From: a virus
Reading direction: 5' to 3' (one strand)
Virus record (IMG/VR): IMGVR_UViG_3300022200_000028
DNA length: 64,000 nt
The position numbers were made by a program, and so were the translations under genes. Positions 18,286 through 27,623 of this stretch are shown one piece after another. The notes below the pieces were generated by a model. That model did no database searches and was not told the DNA's origin. It saw only the letters and a program-made list of their open reading frames with translations. The first letter of the stretch is position 1, and each line of letters opens with the position of its first letter.

Positions 18286-20397
18286 TTATTGTTTTGAGTT
18301 ATCCTTTACAAACTTAATTTCACATGCGTCTGTTGTACAATAAGCTTCGCCAATAGCGTCTGCTGCCATGCCAGCATATATTCCGTCTAAGTCAATTGGG
18401 AAAAGACTATCTTTACTGTTGTTGTATTCTTCTTCTGTTATTTGCGTGTAGGGCATTTGAGGATAGGTATCGTTTCCACTTGGTAGGAACGAAACAGTTT
18501 TTAGCTGCCCATCATGCATGTGAAGAACTGTTCCAATGTGCTGTGCTTCAGTATCTTTATTAAATGATACGGTTACAGATACGGAATTGTCTGACCAATA
18601 TCTTTGAGCGGTCACGGCAAGCGCCATCTTCTCAAAAATAGTCACGTCTTTTTCTGATCTAACTGCTTCAGATTTGATTGGGAAATATACTACAGAAGTA
18701 GTATCTGGCGATTCAGCTGCGGGCTCTACTCTGTAATTTGCCATCTTAAATAGTGGAAGCATTGGGTCTTCGTTCGAGAATCTGATTGTTCTATTAAAGA
18801 ACTGGCCGCCTGGTGTCCAGTGAACGCCTGGAGATTCTCCGGCAAGGATAGAAACAGTTCCCGATGGCTTAACTGTTGTCATTTTAATTGATTCTCTAAT
18901 TCCTAGCCACTCAGAATATACATTGTCGTATCTCTGAATCGTTTTATACCCCTGGTTCATCCATTCTTTTAGAACCGGAATGCCTACACGATCTGCAAAG
19001 TTAGCTACGCCAGAAATTGAAGCTCCTATTCTGCGATTACGTTGCATGATTGCATTTGTTTCTTCCCAGTGGGTTGGAAGAAGAGTGACTGTTTTGGCGT
19101 AGAGATACGCAAATTTTAATGTTCTCTTGAAATCATCTAATGACTCATGTCTATTTAGATAGGACTCAACTAGGGTGCAGCACTCGTATGATTCCAGTGA
19201 TTGTTCTGCACAGGGATTGTATCCAGCCACTCTGTGATCTTTATTGTTAGCTGGATCAATTAGTCTTCCGTACTTTCTGGAGACATCCATCCAGACAACT
19301 CCAGGTTCTCCGTTTAAAGATATTCCTTCAACTATTTTAGATAAGTCTGCTCCAACTTCAGTTTCAACAGAATTATTTGACATCCAGCCCCAACCAGGAT
19401 TCTTTGGGTTGTAAGAATTTCTTTCTGGAAACTTTTCTTTATTTTTTAGATTCAAGAAATTGTCATCATCAAGTCTTCCTATGAGGAGCTCCGCTGAACG
19501 ACGAACATTTCCAGACACAACACAAACTCCAATAAGGTTTCCTATGTCCGCTATGTCTACTCGTGTGAGCTTATCCCCAGATCTATTTTTAAACATTTTT
19601 CTTATGTGCTTATGAAGTTTTTCAAGAGGCTCGTGACCAGCTGCGGTTCCTCCAAATGTTTTAATTGGAGTTCCAGATGGACGAATAAGAGAATAATCAA
19701 AAATGTAGTTCGGTTGATTTTCTTTTAGATAAGAATTCAAAAGCAATGACATTGATTCGACCCAGCCTTCACGAGTATCTGGAACCACATAAGTGGCTTC
19801 TCCGCTCGGCTCATATATTGCAAAATCTTTGTCTGCACCTTTGTCATCAAAGCCTACGCCTACGCCAAGCATTGATGCTTCCATAAGAAAGGCGAATGGT
19901 TTTGCTGGATTATTCTTGTTCATTTCTCCAGTAGAAACAAACGCACAGTTTTGAAGTGCAGCTGAATTCTTTTGCACATTTACTATCTCCGTTCCCATAA
20001 CCCATAAGCCACGACCAGGAGGAGTCCACTTTAGATTAAAGAGTCTGTCAAAAGCTTCCTTTGCTGAAGCTTGTGCCTTGACGTCATTCCATGGAAGTCT
20101 ATTCTTTTTGCAATGATCTTTTTGTAGAGAGTACATGCCGTTGATTACTCGCTCGCATACATCAACCCATGTTTCTTTTGTGCCATCAGCTTTTAATCTA
20201 GAATATGTGCGCAAAAATGTTATCTCACCAACGGAGTTTCCACCCGCATCTCTATACCCAAATGGTGCTTTTTTGTCTTTGTAAGAATTTATAAAATCAT
20301 CTGTTAATTTAAAAGAAAACATTGACGACGCTTTACTAACTGGATTCGCCAGTTCTGCGTTTCCGGTCTCTACTTCTTCTAATACTATTTGTGTCAT
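18286..20397 (-). CDS. nrdJ: Class II (adenosylcobalamin-dependent) ribonucleotide reductase
   Basis: GRGLWVMGTEIV, CAFVSTGEM, EGISLNGEPGVVW, GYNPCAEQSLES; monomeric class II-like 703 aa. Confidence 0.85.
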   Translation of the reverse strand: MTQIVLEEVETGNAELANPVSKASSMFSFKLTDDFINSYKDKKAPFGYRDAGGNSVGEITFLRTYSRLKADGTKETWVDVCERVINGMYSLQKDHCKKNRLPWNDVKAQASAKEAFDRLFNLKWTPPGRGLWVMGTEIVNVQKNSAALQNCAFVSTGEMNKNNPAKPFAFLMEASMLGVGVGFDDKGADKDFAIYEPSGEATYVVPDTREGWVESMSLLLNSYLKENQPNYIFDYSLIRPSGTPIKTFGGTAAGHEPLEKLHKHIRKMFKNRSGDKLTRVDIADIGNLIGVCVVSGNVRRSAELLIGRLDDDNFLNLKNKEKFPERNSYNPKNPGWGWMSNNSVETEVGADLSKIVEGISLNGEPGVVWMDVSRKYGRLIDPANNKDHRVAGYNPCAEQSLESYECCTLVESYLNRHESLDDFKRTLKFAYLYAKTVTLLPTHWEETNAIMQRNRRIGASISGVANFADRVGIPVLKEWMNQGYKTIQRYDNVYSEWLGIRESIKMTTVKPSGTVSILAGESPGVHWTPGGQFFNRTIRFSNEDPMLPLFKMANYRVEPAAESPDTTSVVYFPIKSEAVRSEKDVTIFEKMALAVTAQRYWSDNSVSVTVSFNKDTEAQHIGTVLHMHDGQLKTVSFLPSGNDTYPQMPYTQITEEEYNNSKDSLFPIDLDGIYAGMAADAIGEAYCTTDACEIKFVKDNSKQ

Positions 20398-20406
20398 ATT
20401 TTCTCC

Positions 20407-21105
20407 TTAACTATTGATTCTTTTGATATATTTTGGATTTGTCTTTTTGATTTCTGCGCTTTTGATTTTTATAATGTCTTCTAATTTATACACTTTATAT
20501 ATTTCTTTTTCAAAGAAATAACCACTTCTCCAATTAAATACATTTTGTATATTACTTTTGTGATTAACAAACATGTTACATACTACTGCGCCACCGTAGG
20601 CTTTTACAAGATTAAATAACTTAGATTCTAATTCTTTTAGCTCGTCAGAAGAAAGATTAGCCGTATCCTTTGCTTTTCCATACAGCCAATTGAATGCTTG
20701 CCTATTCAATGGAGATACGTCTACTGGTTCTATGACTCCAAGTTTAATTATTTTTATTCTATTTTCTGTAATATTTATATCCTCTTTTGCGTTTTTCTTA
20801 TACATATCAAACCAATCTTTTTCATTAAATTGATTCCATGCTGTACACCAAAATAATAATTTTTCTGGCGGACTAGGTATAGTAGTACCATCCGACTGAG
20901 GAATGAGCGTTGCGCAAGCTATAGCTTTTTTCACAAAGAGTTTTCGGGCCTCATCATCCCAGCCCTTTTTCTCTGTAATAGACCAAAGTTTTTTTATATT
21001 GGTTTTCCAGTCTGCTTTTCCTAAAAACAAATTCAAATATTTTTCTGCTATGTCTAATGGTATAGTATCTTCGTTAACTACTTTCATCAAACCATCTAAA
21101 GACAT
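20407..21105 (-). CDS. hypothetical protein
   Basis: 232-aa ORF. Confidence 0.65.
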   Translation of the reverse strand: MSLDGLMKVVNEDTIPLDIAEKYLNLFLGKADWKTNIKKLWSITEKKGWDDEARKLFVKKAIACATLIPQSDGTTIPSPPEKLLFWCTAWNQFNEKDWFDMYKKNAKEDINITENRIKIIKLGVIEPVDVSPLNRQAFNWLYGKAKDTANLSSDELKELESKLFNLVKAYGGAVVCNMFVNHKSNIQNVFNWRSGYFFEKEIYKVYKLEDIIKIKSAEIKKTNPKYIKRINS

Positions 21106-21160
21106 TGATAATCCCTTATAAAACTATTTAAACCTATAAAACTGTACCATTAAAGAATAA

Positions 21161-21187
21161 TCCCGCCTAGGTTATACCTAGACGGGA
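21161..21187 (-). terminator. Intergenic terminator-like hairpin
   Basis: TCCCG-x-CTAGG TTATA CCTAG-x-CGGGA, followed in the minus orientation by TTATTCTTT. Confidence 0.7.
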
Positions 21188-21256
21188 CCATTTCTCGTAG
21201 CTCACCGGCCTCCGTGTGACTAATTATAGCACACGTTCTGCCAAATTATATGTAGA

Positions 21257-21871
21257 TTACAAAGCTTTTGCGGAAGGAACTCCTGACCATTCTTGAACTT
21301 TGTTTCTGCCGTAGTCGCTTTCCACATTTGCTTGACCGTATCCAGAAGTGAATATGGTTGAGCTTACAACTCCGTGCACATCAAATGGTCTAAATAATCC
21401 AAATGATGAAGGAGCGCCTTGGGCTTCGCTTCTTGCGGCATGACCAAATCCAGCGGCAAATACTTCTGCTGATGCAACGCCGTCAAATTTGTAATTGCTA
21501 TAAAGTGCATAATCATTCTCGCGATCTGCTTCGTGACCATAGCCCGAAGCAAATGCAGCTGCACCCGATAGACCCTTATATTCATACGGTCTAAATCTAG
21601 CACCTTCGTACGTTGCAGTGCCATCTGGGAACGTGCCCGAGAGAGGATGTACGTAGAGCGTTGTGCCATTAAAGATTTGTGAAAGAAGTCTGTTTCCTGG
21701 ATGGTTTCCTGTTCCAGGAACATAGTGATTATCTGGTGCGCCAGTAAGCAAGCCTGGAGCAAACAGGGGGTAGAACGAGTATGTTCCAGCCGTACCCTTG
21801 TACGGATTGACCATTTCTGTTGTGCTACGCCCCCTAAGGACTGGTCTAGGACCCACGTAAAAGGTTGCCAT
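21257..21871 (-). CDS. phage structural protein (compositionally distinct, Gly/Ala/Tyr-rich)
   Basis: MATFYVGPRPVLRGRSTTEMVNPYKGTAGTYSFYPLFAPG...; near head of structural module. Confidence 0.55.
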   Translation of the reverse strand: MATFYVGPRPVLRGRSTTEMVNPYKGTAGTYSFYPLFAPGLLTGAPDNHYVPGTGNHPGNRLLSQIFNGTTLYVHPLSGTFPDGTATYEGARFRPYEYKGLSGAAAFASGYGHEADRENDYALYSNYKFDGVASAEVFAAGFGHAARSEAQGAPSSFGLFRPFDVHGVVSSTIFTSGYGQANVESDYGRNKVQEWSGVPSAKAL

Positions 21872-21918
21872 TATATTATTCTCCTTGAGGTTTAAGGTAT
21901 TTTGTACTTATATAGTAA

Positions 21919-23172
21919 TTAGTTATATGATATTAGTAAGTCAGATAGCACTGGAGGAGTCTTATCTTCCAGCATATTTAACGTTACCTCTATCCATACA
22001 TGGCTAGAAGACCCAGGGTTGGACAGCGAATAGTTGCCAGCATCGTCATATATTACCCTATAACTAAAGGCATTTGACATCTGGCTCAGTGGCACGTTAT
22101 ATATGAATGGCTCAACATCGGTGATTTCCTCGATCAGCTGCCCTTGTGGAGCTGTAAATTTAATTATTGTTTTACCAGATGGCAGGAACTTATCATACCT
22201 AATATCAAGATCTGATAATCCATATGTATAAATATACTTATCTAATTCTTTAAAGTAGTTTCTTTGAACCATTTTAACTCTTATTGCTGTTATTTCTTTT
22301 TCGGCGAAATAGAACGATAGTGGCCCAGAATTAAATACAGTATCTGACCCCGCAGTTGCCCAACCCCCAGGAGCTACGTTGCCTATTGCATCAGAAATTC
22401 CATTGTATAGACCAGAAGAATTAACGGGTATCCATCCATCAGATTCTGTCAATGTTGGATTTTGAGTTGTAGTATATTCTATCGTTGATATGTCTACAGA
22501 ATGCATTGGATATGGATTTAGTTTGATGCAGTTTGTCTTCATAGATCCAGTAAATTCTGTTGGAACTTTTACGTAAAACATCATTTGAGCGCCAGATGAA
22601 GAAGACTCATTGACTATGACATTTCTTTTCCATATTTTATTTGGATCATCTAAAATTGCATTATATGTTGGAGTTGTGTTGACAATATTGCCGGCTACGT
22701 CTACTCCGACATAATTATTCTGAATGTAGGTTTTAAAAAAGTCTGGAACAATTTGACCAATAGAAGAGTTGAAAAATTTTAATTTTGATGTTGATGAACC
22801 GGTAACTTTTGGAAGAGTTATTGTATTGTAATATGGGTCAAGAGAAAGTAGATCAGTTGAAGAAACTGCAAAGCTAGTCCCAACAAAGTTGATATAGTCT
22901 AATTGAGAAAATGAATGTATAGAAATCTTATTTCCAGTAGCTTCAAGAGCTTCTATTCTATCTATTAAATCCTCAACGACACTACCTAAAAACGCCTGAT
23001 CTTTGATAACTCTTTCAAAAGATTGAGCCAACCTAGAATCAATTAAGCTTAACTTGTTATATAAATAAACAAGATCTTTATAGTTTTCTTCTATTCTAAG
23101 ATTGTAATCAGCACTATCTACTGGGCCTCTGTACTGAATAGATCTTTTCTGTGTATTTATTGAATCTGCCAT
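21919..23172 (-). CDS. putative tail/virion protein
   Basis: 417-aa ORF in structural cluster. Confidence 0.5.
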   Translation of the reverse strand: MADSINTQKRSIQYRGPVDSADYNLRIEENYKDLVYLYNKLSLIDSRLAQSFERVIKDQAFLGSVVEDLIDRIEALEATGNKISIHSFSQLDYINFVGTSFAVSSTDLLSLDPYYNTITLPKVTGSSTSKLKFFNSSIGQIVPDFFKTYIQNNYVGVDVAGNIVNTTPTYNAILDDPNKIWKRNVIVNESSSSGAQMMFYVKVPTEFTGSMKTNCIKLNPYPMHSVDISTIEYTTTQNPTLTESDGWIPVNSSGLYNGISDAIGNVAPGGWATAGSDTVFNSGPLSFYFAEKEITAIRVKMVQRNYFKELDKYIYTYGLSDLDIRYDKFLPSGKTIIKFTAPQGQLIEEITDVEPFIYNVPLSQMSNAFSYRVIYDDAGNYSLSNPGSSSHVWIEVTLNMLEDKTPPVLSDLLISYN

Positions 23173-23173
23173 A

Positions 23174-23584
23174 TTAGTTTCCGTTTTCTAACCTTTTTAT
23201 TTTGTTTTGTACTTTTTTTATTTTACCAGAAATTTTATTTAAAGTCTCTAAAATCATAGCCTGTTCAAGAGTGCCATAGGACGATGTTTGATCATCAATT
23301 AATATATTTGTATTTGATATCTCAAAATTTTTTCCATCATCTAAAATTTCTGCTTCTGTTAAATCTGATATTTTTGAAACTAAATTTAATGATATGTTTT
23401 CAAGAGAATCCTCTATGCTTAAAGCTTGATTATTGATTCTATTGATGTCTACTATAAGAGCATTAATTTCTAAATTTTCTTGTCCGCTATTTCTTTCGCC
23501 TTTAAATTTTTGTCTTGATCTTGAAAAAAATGGCTCAATTATTTTTCCTGAATTATCTTGATCGCTAAATGTATTTGCCATCAA
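23174..23584 (-). CDS. hypothetical structural-module protein
   Basis: 136-aa ORF. Confidence 0.45.
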   Translation of the reverse strand: MMANTFSDQDNSGKIIEPFFSRSRQKFKGERNSGQENLEINALIVDINRINNQALSIEDSLENISLNLVSKISDLTEAEILDDGKNFEISNTNILIDDQTSSYGTLEQAMILETLNKISGKIKKVQNKIKRLENGN

Positions 23585-23590
23585 TCACTC

Positions 23591-25729
23591 CTATGAATCT
23601 CTATGCTTAAACTTCACTCTTACAGACTCCAAAATGGGAGTTATGTATGGGTTGTCGTATCTTGTAAAATCAACTCTATACCTAACTGCTTGAACGCTTG
23701 AGGAATTTTTTGATGTAAATATAAAATTAGAATCACCAGATATTGACCTAGAAGCAAGTATCTCTCTGCGACCAAACACTGTATCTATTGTAAAATAGTA
23801 ATTATCTTCTGTCACTTTATTCTGAAATTCTAAGGGGTCTAAGTATATAAATTGATCAGAGAATATAGATCCATATCTAGATATATTTAGACCTTCTGCT
23901 AATGAAAAGAACATCTGGCCTACATAATTCTTATCATAGGTTATAACTATATTATTCACTCCAGACAAAAAGTCCCATTGTACAGCCTTACTGGTGACTC
24001 CTTTGGGCAAATCTGCTATAAGAATTCCATTTAAGTATATGGCAAGATTAAAGTTTGACGATGACTTTGTGACTGTATGAATTACGCTTAAGGGGGCGGT
24101 TCTTAGCATAGAGGTTTGTATGTATCCAGATGAATACGTATTGATGCCAGGATTTATTGATCCTAACTGCTCTTTGAGAGTCGAATACAGCAGGTCGGCT
24201 GGTTTATTCTTCAATGTATTGTTCCAGTATTCTAGATCTTTGTAGTTTGAATTAATTGAATTTTCTCCTGGCAGGATGACATAGCTATGCTTTAGGCAGT
24301 CTACATTTGCAAATAAGGCTGGATTAACATAGGATAAATCGCTATCAAGAGCCGCTATTCTAAATATATTTTTATCTGTGTATATTGTCGTACTTGGATT
24401 TAGTTCATTAAAGTTTTTTGTGTCTGATGTCAAAGGAATATAGGAAATATCATTTTCATCAGGAGCATTTTTTATATATATATTTCTTCTTAATGAACCG
24501 TCTAGATAGGCAACTGAGGAATAGCCAGAATTTTCAGAGCCACTGGGAGAAATCGGTGTCCAGGAAAAATCAAATACTGACTCCGCAAGTGGATTATCTG
24601 GGGCAATATAGTAATTCAACGATGTTCCAGGAACTATCTGCTCATTTGCGTCTAGTGCTACGGCGTCTATAACTAGATTGGAATTTTGATTAGATGGTAG
24701 GCTTAGTGGAGCGGATACTAAGTATCCGGATCTTGCGTAATACTTTGAGCCTATGACTAAATCCCTTAAGCCAAAATTGTATACATATGGAGTATTGGTA
24801 TTTTCTTGTATATAATCTGGCTCGTTTTTATAAAGAGTTAATTCTATAAAACTATAAATATCAGATGGAACACTAAAAGAAAATGTTCCATAATCCCCTC
24901 TTGAATTTTGGCTTTTAACTACGTTTGCTTTGCTCAGGTCATTTGGTTGGGCTGACATTACCACATTTAACGGAGAAGAAGTATAAACGACTCCATCTAT
25001 TTTTGATACAAGCGAAAAAACCGAAACTGGTATATTTATTGCAATTGAAACAGACTGAGGTTTAGACAAAGATATCGAATAGTTCCAGTACGTATCATTT
25101 AATCCATCAAATAAATTCATAAAATTAGTTGAATCAACTGATTCGTTTACAGGCTGTCCATTGACACTAACAACGAATTCAGGATTGACATTTCTCAAGT
25201 TGTCTAGAGTTAATGGATTAAATTGTTCTGATCTTAACTTTGATATTGTAACATTTTTATAGTTTGGATCAAAAAATACAGAATCGCTTAAATTAAGATC
25301 TATGTTTTCTGCGCTTGCAAAATTTTGAGTTATTGAATAAAAATATCCGTCTGAATTATTATTAATGAATAATAAATCATCTATTTTAGATTCTAATTCT
25401 AATCTTCTCTTTTTTAAACTTTCTAATTTTTTATTCAATGAAGTAACAACTGAAAACAATTCTTCATTGTTTTCTAAAATTGTGTCGTACAAAATATCTA
25501 CATTAAACAAAGTGTTTGCCATAATTTGATTCAAGAGGTCTACATCAGTCTTTGATCTTGACCTTAGTAAATCGTAGTCTACTTTAATCGGAAATCCAGG
25601 AGTATTTATCGAAAAGTATTCGTTAAACGCCGATCTAACTTGTCTTTCGTTTGGTTGAGCTCCAGAAGAATAAAATAATTTATATATATTATTTAAGAAT
25701 CTTCTTTTTTGAACTGTTGCAATATTCAT
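23591..25729 (-). CDS. putative tail/virion protein
   Basis: 712-aa ORF, coiled N-terminus and beta-rich sequence. Confidence 0.5.
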   Translation of the reverse strand: MNIATVQKRRFLNNIYKLFYSSGAQPNERQVRSAFNEYFSINTPGFPIKVDYDLLRSRSKTDVDLLNQIMANTLFNVDILYDTILENNEELFSVVTSLNKKLESLKKRRLELESKIDDLLFINNNSDGYFYSITQNFASAENIDLNLSDSVFFDPNYKNVTISKLRSEQFNPLTLDNLRNVNPEFVVSVNGQPVNESVDSTNFMNLFDGLNDTYWNYSISLSKPQSVSIAINIPVSVFSLVSKIDGVVYTSSPLNVVMSAQPNDLSKANVVKSQNSRGDYGTFSFSVPSDIYSFIELTLYKNEPDYIQENTNTPYVYNFGLRDLVIGSKYYARSGYLVSAPLSLPSNQNSNLVIDAVALDANEQIVPGTSLNYYIAPDNPLAESVFDFSWTPISPSGSENSGYSSVAYLDGSLRRNIYIKNAPDENDISYIPLTSDTKNFNELNPSTTIYTDKNIFRIAALDSDLSYVNPALFANVDCLKHSYVILPGENSINSNYKDLEYWNNTLKNKPADLLYSTLKEQLGSINPGINTYSSGYIQTSMLRTAPLSVIHTVTKSSSNFNLAIYLNGILIADLPKGVTSKAVQWDFLSGVNNIVITYDKNYVGQMFFSLAEGLNISRYGSIFSDQFIYLDPLEFQNKVTEDNYYFTIDTVFGRREILASRSISGDSNFIFTSKNSSSVQAVRYRVDFTRYDNPYITPILESVRVKFKHRDS

Positions 25730-25731
25730 TA

Positions 25732-27126
25732 TTAATTTACCTTAGCTGCTAGCATATATGAATAGACTATTGGTGCCATACTATTAACTTTATCTTTCTG
25801 CAAAACTATTTTTACTATTACATTTTTTATTTCTTTTGGCACTTGCGGATAATTGTAGTAGTAGACACCTGGTAGCTTGAATCCTTGTGGAACGTTTTGA
25901 TTAAAAGAAAGTATTTCTGGATTTGCCGTAGACGAAGAAGAGTTATATCCAAATTGAGATGGAGTAATTGGTAGCCAATTTTTTCCTTCATCAACAGAAA
26001 TATATGAAGATATTAGCTGAGCTGATTGAGATGTGACGCCTAAGTCACTCTCTATTCCAAGCATAAGGGATGCCACTGGTCTATCGAATAAGTAGGGAAG
26101 TGACACCATTTCGGCACTGTCTTCAAAGGAAAGATACTCAACTGCAACATCCCTTAAGCCTATTGCCATTCTTTTTGCTGGCAAGACTTCCTTTTCAAGT
26201 CTAATTGGAACATTAAATGTTTCAGTTGTTTCTGGAGAAGAAGCTGTTGTTTTTTTCTTAAGAACAACCGAAACGCGCTTTGCCAAAACATCTTCCCTAC
26301 TAAATAAATTTGGATTGCTTACTGGTGGGATTATTGCATCCTTGTCATATATAACCTCTTGGTAAACATCTTTACTTAATGAATCAGGATTAAATCTTGA
26401 TGATCCAAAAAATGGACTATTATCAGAAACTGAATTAGTGTAATCGGTAACCCAGTAGGAATGAAGAATGTCTTGTTCGGAATAATCAGGCTGTTCCATA
26501 ATTACTCTTATGTTCAGCACTTTTCTTTCTACGAATTTTACGGTAACGGAATCAAAATAATAATCTGAAAATGAATCTTCAAATAGTTTTTGGCTTGAAA
26601 CTCCAACATAAATTGGAGATGAAACTATGTCTTCCGTCGCGCCGTCTAAAGATGTAACGTATATATGTGTTATTTTGACTGATTTAGATGATCCAAAATA
26701 TGGATTAATTGTTACTGAATTTGCTATTTGACTCGTATTAGAATGAATAGTGAAATCTAGAACCAATGGTTCTGTTACTGGATGATCGGACCAGTTGAAA
26801 AGACTTCTATTTGATGCGTCTTTTATTGTGCCATTATCTACTATATATGAAAATTCATTTTCTGAGAAAAGTAAATTATCTTTATAAATTTCCTTATTAA
26901 CCAAAAGGGCTTCGTACTCAAAATACGAGAGAGGATTTCCGTCAATTATATTTAATGGATTATAGGAAGAGGCTTTATTTTTAAAATCATAAACATAATT
27001 TTGCCTTCCAAATTGATCAATTTTCTTTAAGGCTAAGTGGTTATTCCCAGCAACTCCGTTTGATGGATTTATGGTTATTCTAGATGGCGTCCACTTTGTA
27101 CTTGTGCTTAGCTGTATTGTCATCAT
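25732..27126 (-). CDS. putative tail/virion protein
   Basis: 464-aa ORF. Confidence 0.5.
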   Translation of the reverse strand: MMTIQLSTSTKWTPSRITINPSNGVAGNNHLALKKIDQFGRQNYVYDFKNKASSYNPLNIIDGNPLSYFEYEALLVNKEIYKDNLLFSENEFSYIVDNGTIKDASNRSLFNWSDHPVTEPLVLDFTIHSNTSQIANSVTINPYFGSSKSVKITHIYVTSLDGATEDIVSSPIYVGVSSQKLFEDSFSDYYFDSVTVKFVERKVLNIRVIMEQPDYSEQDILHSYWVTDYTNSVSDNSPFFGSSRFNPDSLSKDVYQEVIYDKDAIIPPVSNPNLFSREDVLAKRVSVVLKKKTTASSPETTETFNVPIRLEKEVLPAKRMAIGLRDVAVEYLSFEDSAEMVSLPYLFDRPVASLMLGIESDLGVTSQSAQLISSYISVDEGKNWLPITPSQFGYNSSSSTANPEILSFNQNVPQGFKLPGVYYYNYPQVPKEIKNVIVKIVLQKDKVNSMAPIVYSYMLAAKVN

Positions 27127-27622
27127 TCCGATTTGAAACGAGTGGATTTTCTGTTTTGCTCATTTTTGCAAAATCCATATAATCTTGATTATCAAATGAA
27201 TCACCCGTGTAAATTATGTCTTCAGCTGGACTTTGTGCATACATTTGCAGAACTTTAGCTTTAGAAAATATTCTTTGACTATATTTTTTTTCATTTTCTA
27301 TTTCAGATGTAAACATGTTAAAAACGCTAATCGTTTTAGCCAATAAATAATCAAGCTGTTTTGCTGATATATTTACATCGTTTTTTAATGTTGAAAAGAA
27401 TTCATTCATTTTCTGAGAGGATGGTGGCTCACCTTTTGTTATCAAGTTCAGTTTTGAATTTATTGTATCTATATTGTTGTAGGCATTATTGAGGGCCTTA
27501 TTGAAGTCCTCAAGGAGATCTTGCTTAGTTAAGTATTTGCCATTGTTGTATTTTTCCACTAGATCAAATAAAGAAGTGGCTACTTGATCAAAAATAGATG
27601 TTGATGGTGATAATTGTGCCAT
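27080..27622 (-). CDS. hypothetical structural-module protein
   Basis: 180-aa ORF. Confidence 0.5.
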   Translation of the reverse strand: MAQLSPSTSIFDQVATSLFDLVEKYNNGKYLTKQDLLEDFNKALNNAYNNIDTINSKLNLITKGEPPSSQKMNEFFSTLKNDVNISAKQLDYLLAKTISVFNMFTSEIENEKKYSQRIFSKAKVLQMYAQSPAEDIIYTGDSFDNQDYMDFAKMSKTENPLVSNRNDDNTAKHKYKVDAI

Positions 27623-27623
27623 A

